Origin: an uncultured Ectothiorhodospiraceae bacterium
GTDB lineage: Bacteria > Pseudomonadota > Gammaproteobacteria > CAYFWJ01
Length of the DNA: 49,157 nt
Assembly (NCBI GenBank): GCA_964346755.1
Contig: CAYFWJ010000007.1
Location: forward strand, 1-49,157
Direction: 5' to 3'
Position numbers and translations under genes: made by a program. This document shows, piece by piece, positions 1-8,918 of this stretch. The notes under the pieces are model-generated. The model saw only the letters and a list, made by a program, of their open reading frames with translations. It made no database searches and was not told the DNA's origin. Within the stretch, counting starts at the first letter, position 1, and each line of letters opens with the position of its first letter.

Positions 1-67
1 CAACGGCCACCCCGACGGTGCCCGCGGCAAACGTCCCCTTGAGAAAGGTTCGGCGTCGTTGGTTCAT
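1..67 (-). CDS. soxY: 5' end of a Tat-exported protein, probably sulfur carrier SoxY (runs off the window edge)
   Basis: Reverse complement of 1-67 reads [22 protein letters not shown]: twin-arginine RRxFLK motif then a hydrophobic stretch, with GGAG about 10 nt upstream. Resembles gammaproteobacterial SoxY N-termini. Only 22 codons are visible. Confidence 0.55.
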   Translation of the reverse strand, partial: MNQRRRTFLKGTFAAGTVGVAV

Positions 68-107
68 TCGTTTCGGCTCCGTTTGGTGGTTACGGGTAAG
101 CGATGGC

Positions 108-116
108 AATGTAGCA
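108..116 (-). promoter_or_regulatory. Candidate extended -10 element (TGCTACATT) for the Tat/soxY gene
   Basis: TGnTAnnnT match about 40 nt upstream of the ATG at 67. Confidence 0.35.
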
Positions 117-256
117 AGTGGTCCGCGAAAAATAAAGCCAGGATTCGGACGGTTCGCGACGGTATCGACGCATCCCCCGGTCCTGTGAAACTTTGCAGCG
201 TTCAGACGTCCAACGGTGATATATCGTTCCCGGCGACGGTCTTCGAAGAGGTTGTC

Positions 257-1279
257 ATGCCATCCATTGCTTCCCCTGCGCCGGTTGCACCGGTCGCAAC
301 CGATGCCGAGCCCACGAGCGCGCCGACCCATGAGGCCGTGCGTGCGCGGTTGCATGCCGAGGATGCGGTTATCATCGCCCACTACTATACCGAGGGCGTC
401 ATTCAAGACCTCGCGGAGGCGACCGGGGGGTTCGTGGGGGACTCCCTCGAGATGGCTCGCTTCGGGACCCGAGTGGAGGCGACGACCCTGGTTGTGGTCG
501 GGGTGCGTTTTATGGGGGAGACGGCCAAGATCCTGAACCCCGAGAAACGGGTCCTCGTGCCGGATCGGGGGGCGACGTGCTCGTTGGACGAAGGGTGTCC
601 GGCTGAGGCGTTCCGGGCCTTTCGGGCGGCCTATCCCGGCCGTACCGCCCTGGTCTATGCCAATACCAGCGCGGCCGTCAAGGCCGAGGCGGACTGGGTC
701 GTGACCTCCAGCATCGCCCCGCGGGTGGTGCGCTACCTCCACGGCCGGGGCGAGCCCTTGCTGTGGGCCCCGGATCGTTACCTCGGGGCCTACCTCCGCG
801 AGCAGACCGGGGCCGATTTGGTCCTGTGGCCGGGATCTTGCATCGTTCATGAGGCCTTCAAGGCCGAGGCCTTGGCCGAGATGCGGGCCGCCCACCCCGA
901 GGCGTGTGTCCTCGTCCACCCCGAATCCCCGGCGGAGGTGATCGCGCAAGCCGACGTCGTCGGTTCCACGACCCAGCTGATCGAGGCAGCGGCGACGCGC
1001 GCGGCCGACACCTTCATCGTCGCCACCGACAACGGCATCCTCCACCGAATGCGCCAGGTCGCCCCGGACAAGACCTTCTGGGAGGCCCCGACGGCGGGCG
1101 CCGGGGCAACCTGTCGGAGCTGTGCCCATTGCCCGTGGATGGCGATGAATACCCTCGACAACCTGCATGCCTGTCTGGTGGCGGGTCAGGACGAGATCGT
1201 GATCGAGGAGGGGGTGCGCGCCCGGGCGGCCCAGTCGGTTCAACGCATGCTGGATTTCGCGGCGGGCCGATACGCCTGA
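257..1279 (+). CDS. nadA: Quinolinate synthase
   Basis: [46 protein letters not shown] and [10 protein letters not shown] motifs. ATG 257 follows a GAGG RBS. Confidence 0.95.
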   Translation: MPSIASPAPVAPVATDAEPTSAPTHEAVRARLHAEDAVIIAHYYTEGVIQDLAEATGGFVGDSLEMARFGTRVEATTLVVVGVRFMGETAKILNPEKRVLVPDRGATCSLDEGCPAEAFRAFRAAYPGRTALVYANTSAAVKAEADWVVTSSIAPRVVRYLHGRGEPLLWAPDRYLGAYLREQTGADLVLWPGSCIVHEAFKAEALAEMRAAHPEACVLVHPESPAEVIAQADVVGSTTQLIEAAATRAADTFIVATDNGILHRMRQVAPDKTFWEAPTAGAGATCRSCAHCPWMAMNTLDNLHACLVAGQDEIVIEEGVRARAAQSVQRMLDFAAGRYA

Positions 1280-1304
1280 CACGCCATCGGGCCCACAGAT
1301 GGAC

Positions 1305-1892
1305 TCACAGACCCCGTTCGGCGGCCTCGAGATCGGCCCAGGTATTGAGGTTGCGGAACGCCCCCGGAGGATTTGGAAAGCTTACAACCTGGGCGTCCCA
1401 GGCACGCACCCGATCCCGCAGGGCGCGCGGGCCCGTGGTCAACGCCTCCTGGATCGAGGCGTGCCGATCGCGATGTACAACCAGGCAGCCATAATGTAGC
1501 CGTCCATCGTCCCCCGCGGCGACCGCGGCTCGGGCCCCGGTTCGATGGCACGCGTCGAGGAGCCGGGCGACCAAGTCGGTCGGGATGAAGGGCGTATCGC
1601 AGGGGATGGTGGCGAGCCAGGGCGCACGCGAGGCATCAAGGGCCGCCGCGATCCCGGCGAGGGGCCCGGCAAACGTGAGGGGTTCGTCCCAGATCAGCGG
1701 ATACCCAAAGCCTGCATAGGCCCCGGCGTGGCGATTGACGCTCAGCATCAGCCGATCGACCTGCGGGGCCAAGCGATCGAGTCCATGGGCGATCAAGGGA
1801 CGCGCTCGGAACGGGACCAAGCCCTTGTCCTGGCCGTCGAGCCGCTGCCCTCGGCCGCCCGCGAGGATAACCCCGGCGACCGCCGCCTTCAT
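1305..1892 (-). CDS. mobA: Molybdenum cofactor guanylyltransferase
   Basis: ILAGGRGQRL..DKGL, GPLAGI, PCDTP and NLNTWADL motifs. ATG overlaps the upstream TGA (ATGA). Confidence 0.92.
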   Translation of the reverse strand: MKAAVAGVILAGGRGQRLDGQDKGLVPFRARPLIAHGLDRLAPQVDRLMLSVNRHAGAYAGFGYPLIWDEPLTFAGPLAGIAAALDASRAPWLATIPCDTPFIPTDLVARLLDACHRTGARAAVAAGDDGRLHYGCLVVHRDRHASIQEALTTGPRALRDRVRAWDAQVVSFPNPPGAFRNLNTWADLEAAERGL

Positions 1893-2803
1893 CGTGACCG
1901 CGCGAGGCGCGCAAGGTAGCGTTCCGCGGCCCGGTGCGCGGGAAAACGGCGTTCGTCGGCGCGGAAGGCGGCCGTGTGCACGCGGCCTCGGGGGCCGGAC
2001 CACTCGATACCATGCCACTTGTGTAGCAGCTCGTGGTAGAGCACGAAGCTCGGGACGTAGACGGGCACGTCGGGGGCATCCAGTCGCCGGCTAATCTGCA
2101 CGCGATCCTCGATCGGGTCATAGGAACCCACCTGCCGGCGTCCCCCGTGGCGACTCCAGGCGAGCCCGGGGCGCGTCATGCGACCCGCGAAGTACTCGTG
2201 GTTGAGCCGATCGAAGAGTCGACCGAGGTCATAGACCTGACCCCGGGCTGCGGTGCGATCGGGTGCCGGGCCGAGCAGTCGGGTGTGCAGGGACTGGCAT
2301 GCGGGGCCTTGTAGGGCCTGCACAACGGTCGGTCGCTGAGCCCGTTCACCGGCCACCAGCCCGGCAAGGGCGCGCCACTCGACGGCCGTGAAGGCCAGGA
2401 TCGGGGTCTTGAGGCCTAAGCCATCCAGGCGCCGACCCCGCTGGGTCCCGCGGAAGAGCGGCCTCTGTGGTTGGAAGCGCAGCGGTCGGTCCTGGAGGAT
2501 GATCAGCCCGTGGGTGCGCAGGGCAGCGCGCAATCGAGCGACGCTGTCCCGATAGCACTGAACCCACTCCGGGGCTGCGAACAGCCTTAGCCAGCCCAGC
2601 CGGTGGCGCACGGCCGTGGGCAGTTCGTCCTCGGCCAGACCGCGTTTGCCCAACCAATCGGCATAGCGGCCCCGATGGGCCTCAACCGCCTCGGCCAGGG
2701 CTGAGGCGGGTTCGGTGGGGGGGCCGCCCAGAACGCTCGCCAGCTGATCGACCGCCTTATAAAGCCCGGGGGGCGTCGGTGGGGCATCCATCGGGCCGGA
2801 CAC
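1889..2803 (-). CDS. SprT-like zinc metallopeptidase domain protein
   Basis: YDL..LFDRLN.EYF, ISRRLD.P.VP and YHELLH (HExxH) followed by HTAAFR. Confidence 0.75.
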   Translation of the reverse strand: MSGPMDAPPTPPGLYKAVDQLASVLGGPPTEPASALAEAVEAHRGRYADWLGKRGLAEDELPTAVRHRLGWLRLFAAPEWVQCYRDSVARLRAALRTHGLIILQDRPLRFQPQRPLFRGTQRGRRLDGLGLKTPILAFTAVEWRALAGLVAGERAQRPTVVQALQGPACQSLHTRLLGPAPDRTAARGQVYDLGRLFDRLNHEYFAGRMTRPGLAWSRHGGRRQVGSYDPIEDRVQISRRLDAPDVPVYVPSFVLYHELLHKWHGIEWSGPRGRVHTAAFRADERRFPAHRAAERYLARLARSR

Positions 2804-2807
2804 GGTC

Positions 2808-3155
2808 TCAGGGCTGGCGGTGCATCGAGGGTCGCGCGGGACGACGGAAGGGCAAGATGCGCGCTTGGCGCTGTGGGTCCCGCCCGCCCGTGGTCGCGAT
2901 CGCCCCCTGGTGGTAGACCGCCTCCCACATCATCGTGAACAGTCGTTGGCAGCCGACGAGTGGGTCACGGTAGCGGCGGCGTTCCATGTCGATCCGCCAT
3001 TGCAGCGCCCGCAGACGGGAGCGACTCGCAGCGGGTGCCCGTTCGATCGCGTGGGTTAGGACAGCTTGGCGTTCCCGCTCGAAGGCCTCGGGATCCGAGG
3101 CCGCCAATTCCCGCCAAGCATCGAAGTCGAAAGGCCGCTGCTGAGGCTCGCTCAT
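2808..3155 (-). CDS. DUF3135-like protein
   Basis: FDFDAW.ELA..DPEAFE..R...RLRALQWRID pattern and a C-terminal ARILPF motif. Confidence 0.75.
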   Translation of the reverse strand: MSEPQQRPFDFDAWRELAASDPEAFERERQAVLTHAIERAPAASRSRLRALQWRIDMERRRYRDPLVGCQRLFTMMWEAVYHQGAIATTGGRDPQRQARILPFRRPARPSMHRQP

Positions 3156-3200
3156 GGGCGCTCTCCGCGTCGCTGGTTGCGGCCCCGAACCCGGTCCCGG

Positions 3201-3971
3201 TCAGGCCCGCAAGGGGTGGAGGGTCAGCCGGCCCCCATAACAGGCGCCAGTGTCCAGGAAAACGACATTGCCGATGGTGCGTGGTTGTGGAAATGGAGTA
3301 TGCCCGCAGTAAATGCGATCGACCCCCGGCACGGATCGGGATTCGAGTCCCTGGGCCCGGGTGCGGCTCCAGAGGGCGTGGTTGCGCACGGCCTCATCCC
3401 CCCGCTCGAGGGCCTCGCAGAAGGCATCCCAGCTCAACCCCCCGGGAATATCCGCGTGTACCAGGCCGATGCGGTGGTTCCCGGTATTCACCTCGATGGC
3501 CCAAGGGAGCTGTTCGAGGCCTTCGATCCATCGGGGTCGTTCGGCGGCGGGGACCGAACGCCACCAATCGCCGCCATTGACCTCCAACCACCACCGCATC
3601 ACGCGGGGGTCATGTGTTGCCCCCAAGAGCATATCTTCATGATTGCCCCGCAGCGCGTGGAATCCGGGGGACTCCAACCAGCTCAAGGCCTCGTGGGATT
3701 CCGGGCCCCGATCGATCAAATCGCCCACCGAGAACAGCCGGTCGCCTGCCGGGTCGAATTGGATCCCCTCAAGGGCGGCTCGCAATTGGTCGAATTCGCC
3801 GTGGATATCGCCAACGATCCAATCCCGACCGCGACGGTTCGGTCCGAAGCGGGCTATAATGGGAGCTGGATTCGTATCGCTTGGCGCGGCGGCCTCGCTC
3901 GTGCCGGCACGCGCTGCCGTCTCCGAGGCGAGGTCGGCGGGCCCGTATTCGGAAACCATGAAGTCGTGCAT
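3201..3971 (-). CDS. PPP-family Ser/Thr protein phosphatase (PphA/lambda-phosphatase-like metallophosphoesterase)
   Basis: GDIHG, GDLIDRG, RGNHE, HA, GHTP and LDTG motifs. Confidence 0.88.
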   Translation of the reverse strand: MHDFMVSEYGPADLASETAARAGTSEAAAPSDTNPAPIIARFGPNRRGRDWIVGDIHGEFDQLRAALEGIQFDPAGDRLFSVGDLIDRGPESHEALSWLESPGFHALRGNHEDMLLGATHDPRVMRWWLEVNGGDWWRSVPAAERPRWIEGLEQLPWAIEVNTGNHRIGLVHADIPGGLSWDAFCEALERGDEAVRNHALWSRTRAQGLESRSVPGVDRIYCGHTPFPQPRTIGNVVFLDTGACYGGRLTLHPLRA

Positions 3972-3982
3972 AGTCCCCTTCT

Positions 3983-4738
3983 ATGAATAATCTAGCCGAA
4001 GGCGAGGCCCCAGGTCGAGGGCGCGATGGGACGCAAGGGGTTATCTCGCTCGTGACGTTTGATTTAGACGATACCCTTTGGGATTGTTCTGGGGTTATCG
4101 ATGCCGCGGAGGAGGCGTTGTATACCTGGCTCCAATGCCATTACCCCCGAATCACAGAACAATTCACCCGAGTTGGTCTGGTCCAGCGACGCGCCGAACT
4201 CCGGGTTGAACGCCCGGATCTGGCCCATGATGTGACGTCCCTTCGGCGCGCGGCCCTGCATTGGCACGCTCGGCAGGCCGGTTACCCGGAGATCGCGGCA
4301 GAGGCCGCTCTGCGCGTGTTCCTCGCCGCACGTCATCAGGTGACCCCCTATGGCGACGTCGCGCCGACCCTCGCCCGGCTGGTGGGGCGCTATCGGCTGG
4401 CCGCCCTGACCAATGGCAATGCCGATGTCTATCGACTGGGGCTTGGCGCCTACTTCGCATTCTCTTTGAGCCCGGAGCACGTCGGTGTGGCCAAGCCGGA
4501 TCCCGAGATCTTCCGCAAGGCGGCTGATCTTGCCCGGGTTCCTCCGGCCCATGTGGTCCATGTTGGTGACCATTTGGATCATGACATCGCGGGGGCACGG
4601 GACGCGGGTCTACGGGTGATCTGGTTGAATCGGCCCGGGCTGGGGCAGGACGTGGAGCGCTTCTGCGGTGATGCCGAGGCACACGATCTGGCGACAGTGG
4701 AGCGAATCTTGGACGACTGGAGTGGGCAAACCGGGTGA
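3983..4738 (+). CDS. HAD-superfamily hydrolase (YigB-like)
   Basis: FDLDDTLW, TNGN, KPDPEIF and HVGD..HDIAGA motifs. Start uncertain. Confidence 0.88.
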   Translation: MNNLAEGEAPGRGRDGTQGVISLVTFDLDDTLWDCSGVIDAAEEALYTWLQCHYPRITEQFTRVGLVQRRAELRVERPDLAHDVTSLRRAALHWHARQAGYPEIAAEAALRVFLAARHQVTPYGDVAPTLARLVGRYRLAALTNGNADVYRLGLGAYFAFSLSPEHVGVAKPDPEIFRKAADLARVPPAHVVHVGDHLDHDIAGARDAGLRVIWLNRPGLGQDVERFCGDAEAHDLATVERILDDWSGQTG

Positions 4739-4740
4739 GA

Positions 4741-4775
4741 CAAAGTAACCCCGGCCCGTGGGTCGGGCCGGGGTT
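4741..4775 (-). terminator. Intrinsic terminator of the RRM gene, between convergent genes
   Basis: Perfect 12-bp stem AACCCCGGCCCG/CGGGCCGGGGTT (4747-4775) followed by ACTTTG on the minus strand. Confidence 0.75.
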
Positions 4776-4782
4776 CAGGGAC

Positions 4783-5073
4783 TTACCAGCGACTTCCGCC
4801 GTTAGACTCCCGATGGGGTTGCGAGCGCGGGGGACGAGGGCGGGCCTCGTTGATACGCAACGTCCGTCCGCCCATCTCGGATCCGTTCAACGCCTCAATG
4901 GCGGCGTTGCCCTCCGAATCCGTTTCCATCTCGACGAAACCGAAACCACGGGGACGCCCCGTTTCCCGGTCCGAGATCAGTTTTACCGACACGACACGGC
5001 CGTAGGGTTCAAAGGTGGCTCGAACTTCGTCTTCCGAAGCCGTGAATGGGAGGTTACCCACATAGATATTCAT
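4783..5073 (-). CDS. RRM (RNP-1) RNA-binding protein
   Basis: RNP2 IYVGNL, RNP1 RGFGFVEM and a G/R-rich tail. Confidence 0.95.
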   Translation of the reverse strand: MNIYVGNLPFTASEDEVRATFEPYGRVVSVKLISDRETGRPRGFGFVEMETDSEGNAAIEALNGSEMGGRTLRINEARPRPPRSQPHRESNGGSRW

Positions 5074-5280
5074 CGAAACGCCTTACCTTCACAAGACACA
5101 GAATGGTCGCGCTCATGGCGACGCGCGCGCAGCCCCCGCGATCGGTTCTCCCTTGGACTCGAGCCTGCTACAGAAGTCGCTGGTTAAAGACAAGCCAAGC
5201 GTCGACAGCCGAATCACGGGTGCGGAGTGGGCCGATCCCATACGGGTTTCGAGCGGCACACTCCTGACTGCTCGAAGTCG

Positions 5281-5289
5281 ATTGTAGCA
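5281..5289 (-). promoter_or_regulatory. Candidate extended -10 element (TGCTACAAT) for the RRM gene
   Basis: Near-consensus TGnTATAAT match. It would give a leader of about 200 nt. Confidence 0.45.
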
Positions 5290-5366
5290 CGCTTCGCGGC
5301 GATAAACTACGCGCGGGACAACGGCGTGGGGGATCCCGCGAAGTCGCGCGTCGGCGCAACCGCGTG

Positions 5367-6028
5367 TCACTCAACGGGGTCCGCGGGGCGCACGCCGGGA
5401 GTGGCCCGCGTCGGCCCCCGGGGTTCGCTTCGAACACCCCGGGGCCGGGGGTGGCGCACGTAGGGCAACGTCCTGCGGGGGTGAGATGCCAGGCCGTGAG
5501 CCGGTATCCATCCCGTTCGATCAAGCGTGCCCCGCATCCCTGACAAAAGGTACTTGCCCCTTTCGGATCCCGGACATTGCCTGTGTAGACGTGATGGAGT
5601 CCCTGGGCTCGGGCGATTCGACGGGCCCGCGCAAGGGTCTCCGGCGGGGTCGGCGAACGGTCCCGGAGCTTGTAGTCCGGATGAAATGCGGTGAAATGGA
5701 CGGGGACCTCCGGTCCGAGCTCGGTGCGGACCCAATCCGCCATGGCGCGCCATTCCTCGGGGGTGTCGTTGGCCCCTGGGATGATCAGGGTCGTCAATTC
5801 GAGCCAGGCATCGGTCTCATGCCGGATATACCGTAGCGTCTCGAGCACGGGGGCGAGGCTCGCCCCGGTCAGCCGACGGTAGAAGTCCTCGGTGAAGGCC
5901 TTCAGGTTCACATTGATCGCGTCCATCGCCGAGAAGAATTCAGCGGCCGGCTCCGGGTTGATGTAGCCGGCCGTCACGGCGACTGGGCGGATCCCACGGA
6001 GCCGACAGGCCCGGGCGGTGTCCACGGC
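5367..6028 (-). pseudogene. amrS: 5'-truncated AmmeMemoRadiSam radical SAM enzyme remnant
   Basis: AVTAGYI, NLKAFTEDFY, ELTTLIIPG.ND, HFTAFHPDYKL and YTGNVRD..T.C..CG match the C-terminal part of the family. The CxxxCxxC N-terminus is missing, TAG lies immediately upstream, and the C-terminus appears frameshifted. Confidence 0.8.
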
Positions 6029-6029
6029 C

Positions 6030-6179
6030 TATCCGGAGACCTCGGCATTCGTGCGCCAGCTGAAGCTCAAGGCCGGGCTGAGCGCGGATTTTGGGTCGCC
6101 CCGGTTGCGCTTCCAGCGCGACCGGGTTGAGGTCCTGCCGTCGACGGAGGAGGCATCAGGGGAGCCCCGGGCTAGCTAG
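6030..6179 (+). pseudogene. amrA: C-terminal remnant of AmmeMemoRadiSam protein A (AMMECR1 family)
   Basis: Translates YPETSAFVRQLKLKAGLSADFGSPRLRFQRDRVEV...*, matching the F...LK.KAGL...(W) C-terminus of the family. No start codon or N-terminus. Confidence 0.65.
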
Positions 6180-6211
6180 GATGGCCGGGGTTGCCGACAC
6201 GCCCGCCGGCC

Positions 6212-7561
6212 TCAGCGCAGGGTGACGAGCTCCTCGGCGCTGGTCGGATGGATGGCCACGGTATCGTCCAGATCCCGTTTCGTCGCCCCCATGCGGATGG
6301 CCACCGCAAAGCCCTGCAGCATCTCATCGGCCCCTTCCCCGATGATATGACAGCCGAGGATGTGTTCCCGGTGGCCGACCACGATGAGTTTCATGGTGGT
6401 TGTCACCTTGTGGGAGGTCATGGAGCGGTAGAGGGGGGTGAATGTGGTGTGATACACCTTGATGGCATCACCATGCTCGGCGCGGGCCTCTTCCTCGGTC
6501 AGGCCGACGGTACCGATCGGGGGGTGGCTGAAGATGACGCTAGGGATGAAATGGTAGTCCAGGTGGCGATCCGGTTGTCCACCGAACAGGCGATCCGCCA
6601 GTCGGCGGCCAGCAGCGATGGCGACCGGGGTTAGGGCGGCACGCCCGGTAACGTCCCCGAGGGCATAGATCCCGGCGACGTTGGTGTTCTGGTAGGTATC
6701 GGTCGGGACGAAACCTTCGGCGTCCCGTTCGACCCCGGTGGCCTCGAGGTTCAGCTCGCTCGTGCGCGGGCGGCGTCCGACGGCCCAAATGACGGTATCC
6801 AGTCCGCCGGTCACGCGACCGCTGTCGCAGATCAGGGATAGCGTGCCGTCCGATTCCCGGCGGAGCGACTCCGCTTGGGTCCGGCTATTGATATCGATGC
6901 CGCTTTCCAGCACGGCCTCCATGAGGGCTTCCCGCAGGCTGGAGTCGAATCGACGCAGGAGATGGTGCCCGCGCAACATAAGCGTGACCTGGCTGCCGAG
7001 GGCATTGAGGACGCCGGCTAGTTCAACGGCGATGTAGCCTGAGCCGACGACGGCGACCTGGTTCGGGGCCTCGGTGAGCTCGAAGAATCCATCGGAGGTG
7101 ATGCCGAGGTCCGCTCCCGGGATGTCCGGGATGATCGGCTCCCCGCCGGTGGCGATGACCAGGTGATCGGCGGAATAGGATTCGCCCCCGACCTCGATGC
7201 GGTGGGGATCGAGGAACCGGGCCCGGCCTTCGAGGAGATCGACCTCGCTGTCGGCCAGGTGATTGTGGTAGGCGTGATTGATCCGGTCGATGAGGGCGCG
7301 GCGCTTGGCGACCAAGGCCGCCCAGTCGAAGCCGTTGGTGCGCACGTCATGGCCGTAGTCGGTGGCATCGGTCAGGGCATGTCCGAGGCTAGCGGCGTGC
7401 CACATGATCTTCTTCGGGACGCATCCCACGTTGACACAGGTGCCGCCAAGTCGTCCGTTCTCGACCAGGGCGGCCTTGGCCCCATGGCGAGCGGCTTGCT
7501 TGACCACGGCGAGGCCGCCGCTTCCCCCGCCGACGGCGATGAGATCATAATGGTGCGACAT
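6212..7561 (-). CDS. gor: Glutathione (or glutathione amide) reductase
   Basis: GGGSGG, GGTCVNVGCVPKK, GSGYIAVE and HPTSAEELVT motifs. Confidence 0.93.
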   Translation of the reverse strand: MSHHYDLIAVGGGSGGLAVVKQAARHGAKAALVENGRLGGTCVNVGCVPKKIMWHAASLGHALTDATDYGHDVRTNGFDWAALVAKRRALIDRINHAYHNHLADSEVDLLEGRARFLDPHRIEVGGESYSADHLVIATGGEPIIPDIPGADLGITSDGFFELTEAPNQVAVVGSGYIAVELAGVLNALGSQVTLMLRGHHLLRRFDSSLREALMEAVLESGIDINSRTQAESLRRESDGTLSLICDSGRVTGGLDTVIWAVGRRPRTSELNLEATGVERDAEGFVPTDTYQNTNVAGIYALGDVTGRAALTPVAIAAGRRLADRLFGGQPDRHLDYHFIPSVIFSHPPIGTVGLTEEEARAEHGDAIKVYHTTFTPLYRSMTSHKVTTTMKLIVVGHREHILGCHIIGEGADEMLQGFAVAIRMGATKRDLDDTVAIHPTSAEELVTLR

Positions 7562-7778
7562 GACGAGCATCCTCGATGGCTGATGTGATGAGCAAAGGAC
7601 GGGGTTTGGGACCGCGGCGCGGGGTTCGGGACGGCGCGAGTGGGATCGGCCCAGCGGGCAAGCCGATTCGCGGGTCCCTTGGGCCCGTGCAGAAAAAAGA
7701 CCAACTGGCCGGTTTGCGATCCCGTCGCCCTCGGGTGACTCCGCTCGGGCCGATCGCACCGGGGCTGGGGTCGGCTCG

Positions 7779-8918
7779 ATGAGCCCCGCGGGCCTGCGCG
7801 TCGCCCATCTCGAGACCGGTCGGCATCTCTACGGCGGGGCGCGACAGGTGCTTTATTTGTTGGATGGATTGGCCGAACGCGGGGTCGAGAACCTCCTCCT
7901 CGCCCCCGCGGGCAGCGCGATCGTCCAGGCGGCCCAGGGCCATCATCCGGTCGCGGAACTGCCGATCCGCGGGGAGTTGGACATCGGTCTTGTGCTGCGG
8001 CTACGCGGGCGGCTGCGCCGTTTCCAGCCGGATCTTCTCCACGTGCATAGCCGGCGCGGGGCGGATCTCTGGGGTGGCCTGGCCGCGCGCAGCCTGGATC
8101 TCCCCTGCGTCTTAGCGCGACGGGTCGACCATCGGGAGTCGGCGCTCGGGGCGTGGGTCAAATATCCCCTCTACGATCGGGTGGTGGCGATCTCGGAGGG
8201 GGTACGTGCAGCCCTCCTCGCCAGCGGCGTGGACCCGGCGCGGATCACGTGCGTTCGCAGTGCGATTCCCCTGCCGCTCGCCCCCCCCGCCTGCCGATCG
8301 ACGTGGTTCCAGCAGGCCTTCCCGCAGCTGCATCCGCGCGGTCCCTTGGTCGGTATGGTGGCTCAGCTCATCGAGCGCAAGGGCCACCAGGTCCTATTCG
8401 ACGCCTTGGCGACCGTGTTCGATGCGGTGCCGACTACCCAGGTCTTGCTCTTCGGTCAGGGGCCCCTCGAGGCCTCGCTTCGCGAGACCCTGCGCCGGCG
8501 GGGCTGGCAAGACCGGGTCCATCTCCTGGGGTTTCGAGACGACCTGGACCGGATCCTGCCTTGCCTGGATCTGCTTGTCCATCCCGCACGCCGAGAAGGA
8601 TTGGGGGTCGCCGTCCTCCAGGCCCAGGCCCAGGGGCTGCCGGTGGTCGCCACCCGGGCGGGCGGGTTGCCTGAGGCGGTCGGCCACGGGGAGAGCGGCC
8701 TGTTGGTCACCCCCGGCGCCGCGGCCGAACTCGCCGATGCGCTGACTGCCTTGCTCACGGATCCGGCCCGCCGGCGCGCCCTGGGCCAAGGGGGGCGGGC
8801 CCGCATCGCCCGCGCGTTCTCCGTGGAGACCATGGTGACGGGGAACCTCGCCGTCTACGACGCCGTGCATCGTAATCGGGCCGCAGGGGGCGGAACCGCC
8901 TTCAATGACGGCGGATGA
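7779..8918 (+). CDS. Glycosyltransferase family 4
   Basis: HLYGGARQV, HSRRGAD, RKGH and EGLGVAVLQA motifs (GT-B fold). Confidence 0.9.
   Translation: MSPAGLRVAHLETGRHLYGGARQVLYLLDGLAERGVENLLLAPAGSAIVQAAQGHHPVAELPIRGELDIGLVLRLRGRLRRFQPDLLHVHSRRGADLWGGLAARSLDLPCVLARRVDHRESALGAWVKYPLYDRVVAISEGVRAALLASGVDPARITCVRSAIPLPLAPPACRSTWFQQAFPQLHPRGPLVGMVAQLIERKGHQVLFDALATVFDAVPTTQVLLFGQGPLEASLRETLRRRGWQDRVHLLGFRDDLDRILPCLDLLVHPARREGLGVAVLQAQAQGLPVVATRAGGLPEAVGHGESGLLVTPGAAAELADALTALLTDPARRRALGQGGRARIARAFSVETMVTGNLAVYDAVHRNRAAGGGTAFNDGG

Noticed and set aside
5168-6025. 285-aa ORF as an intact radical SAM gene
   Set aside because: No CxxxCxxC motif, and the C-terminal ~70 aa is out-of-frame read-through. 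Treated as a pseudogene.
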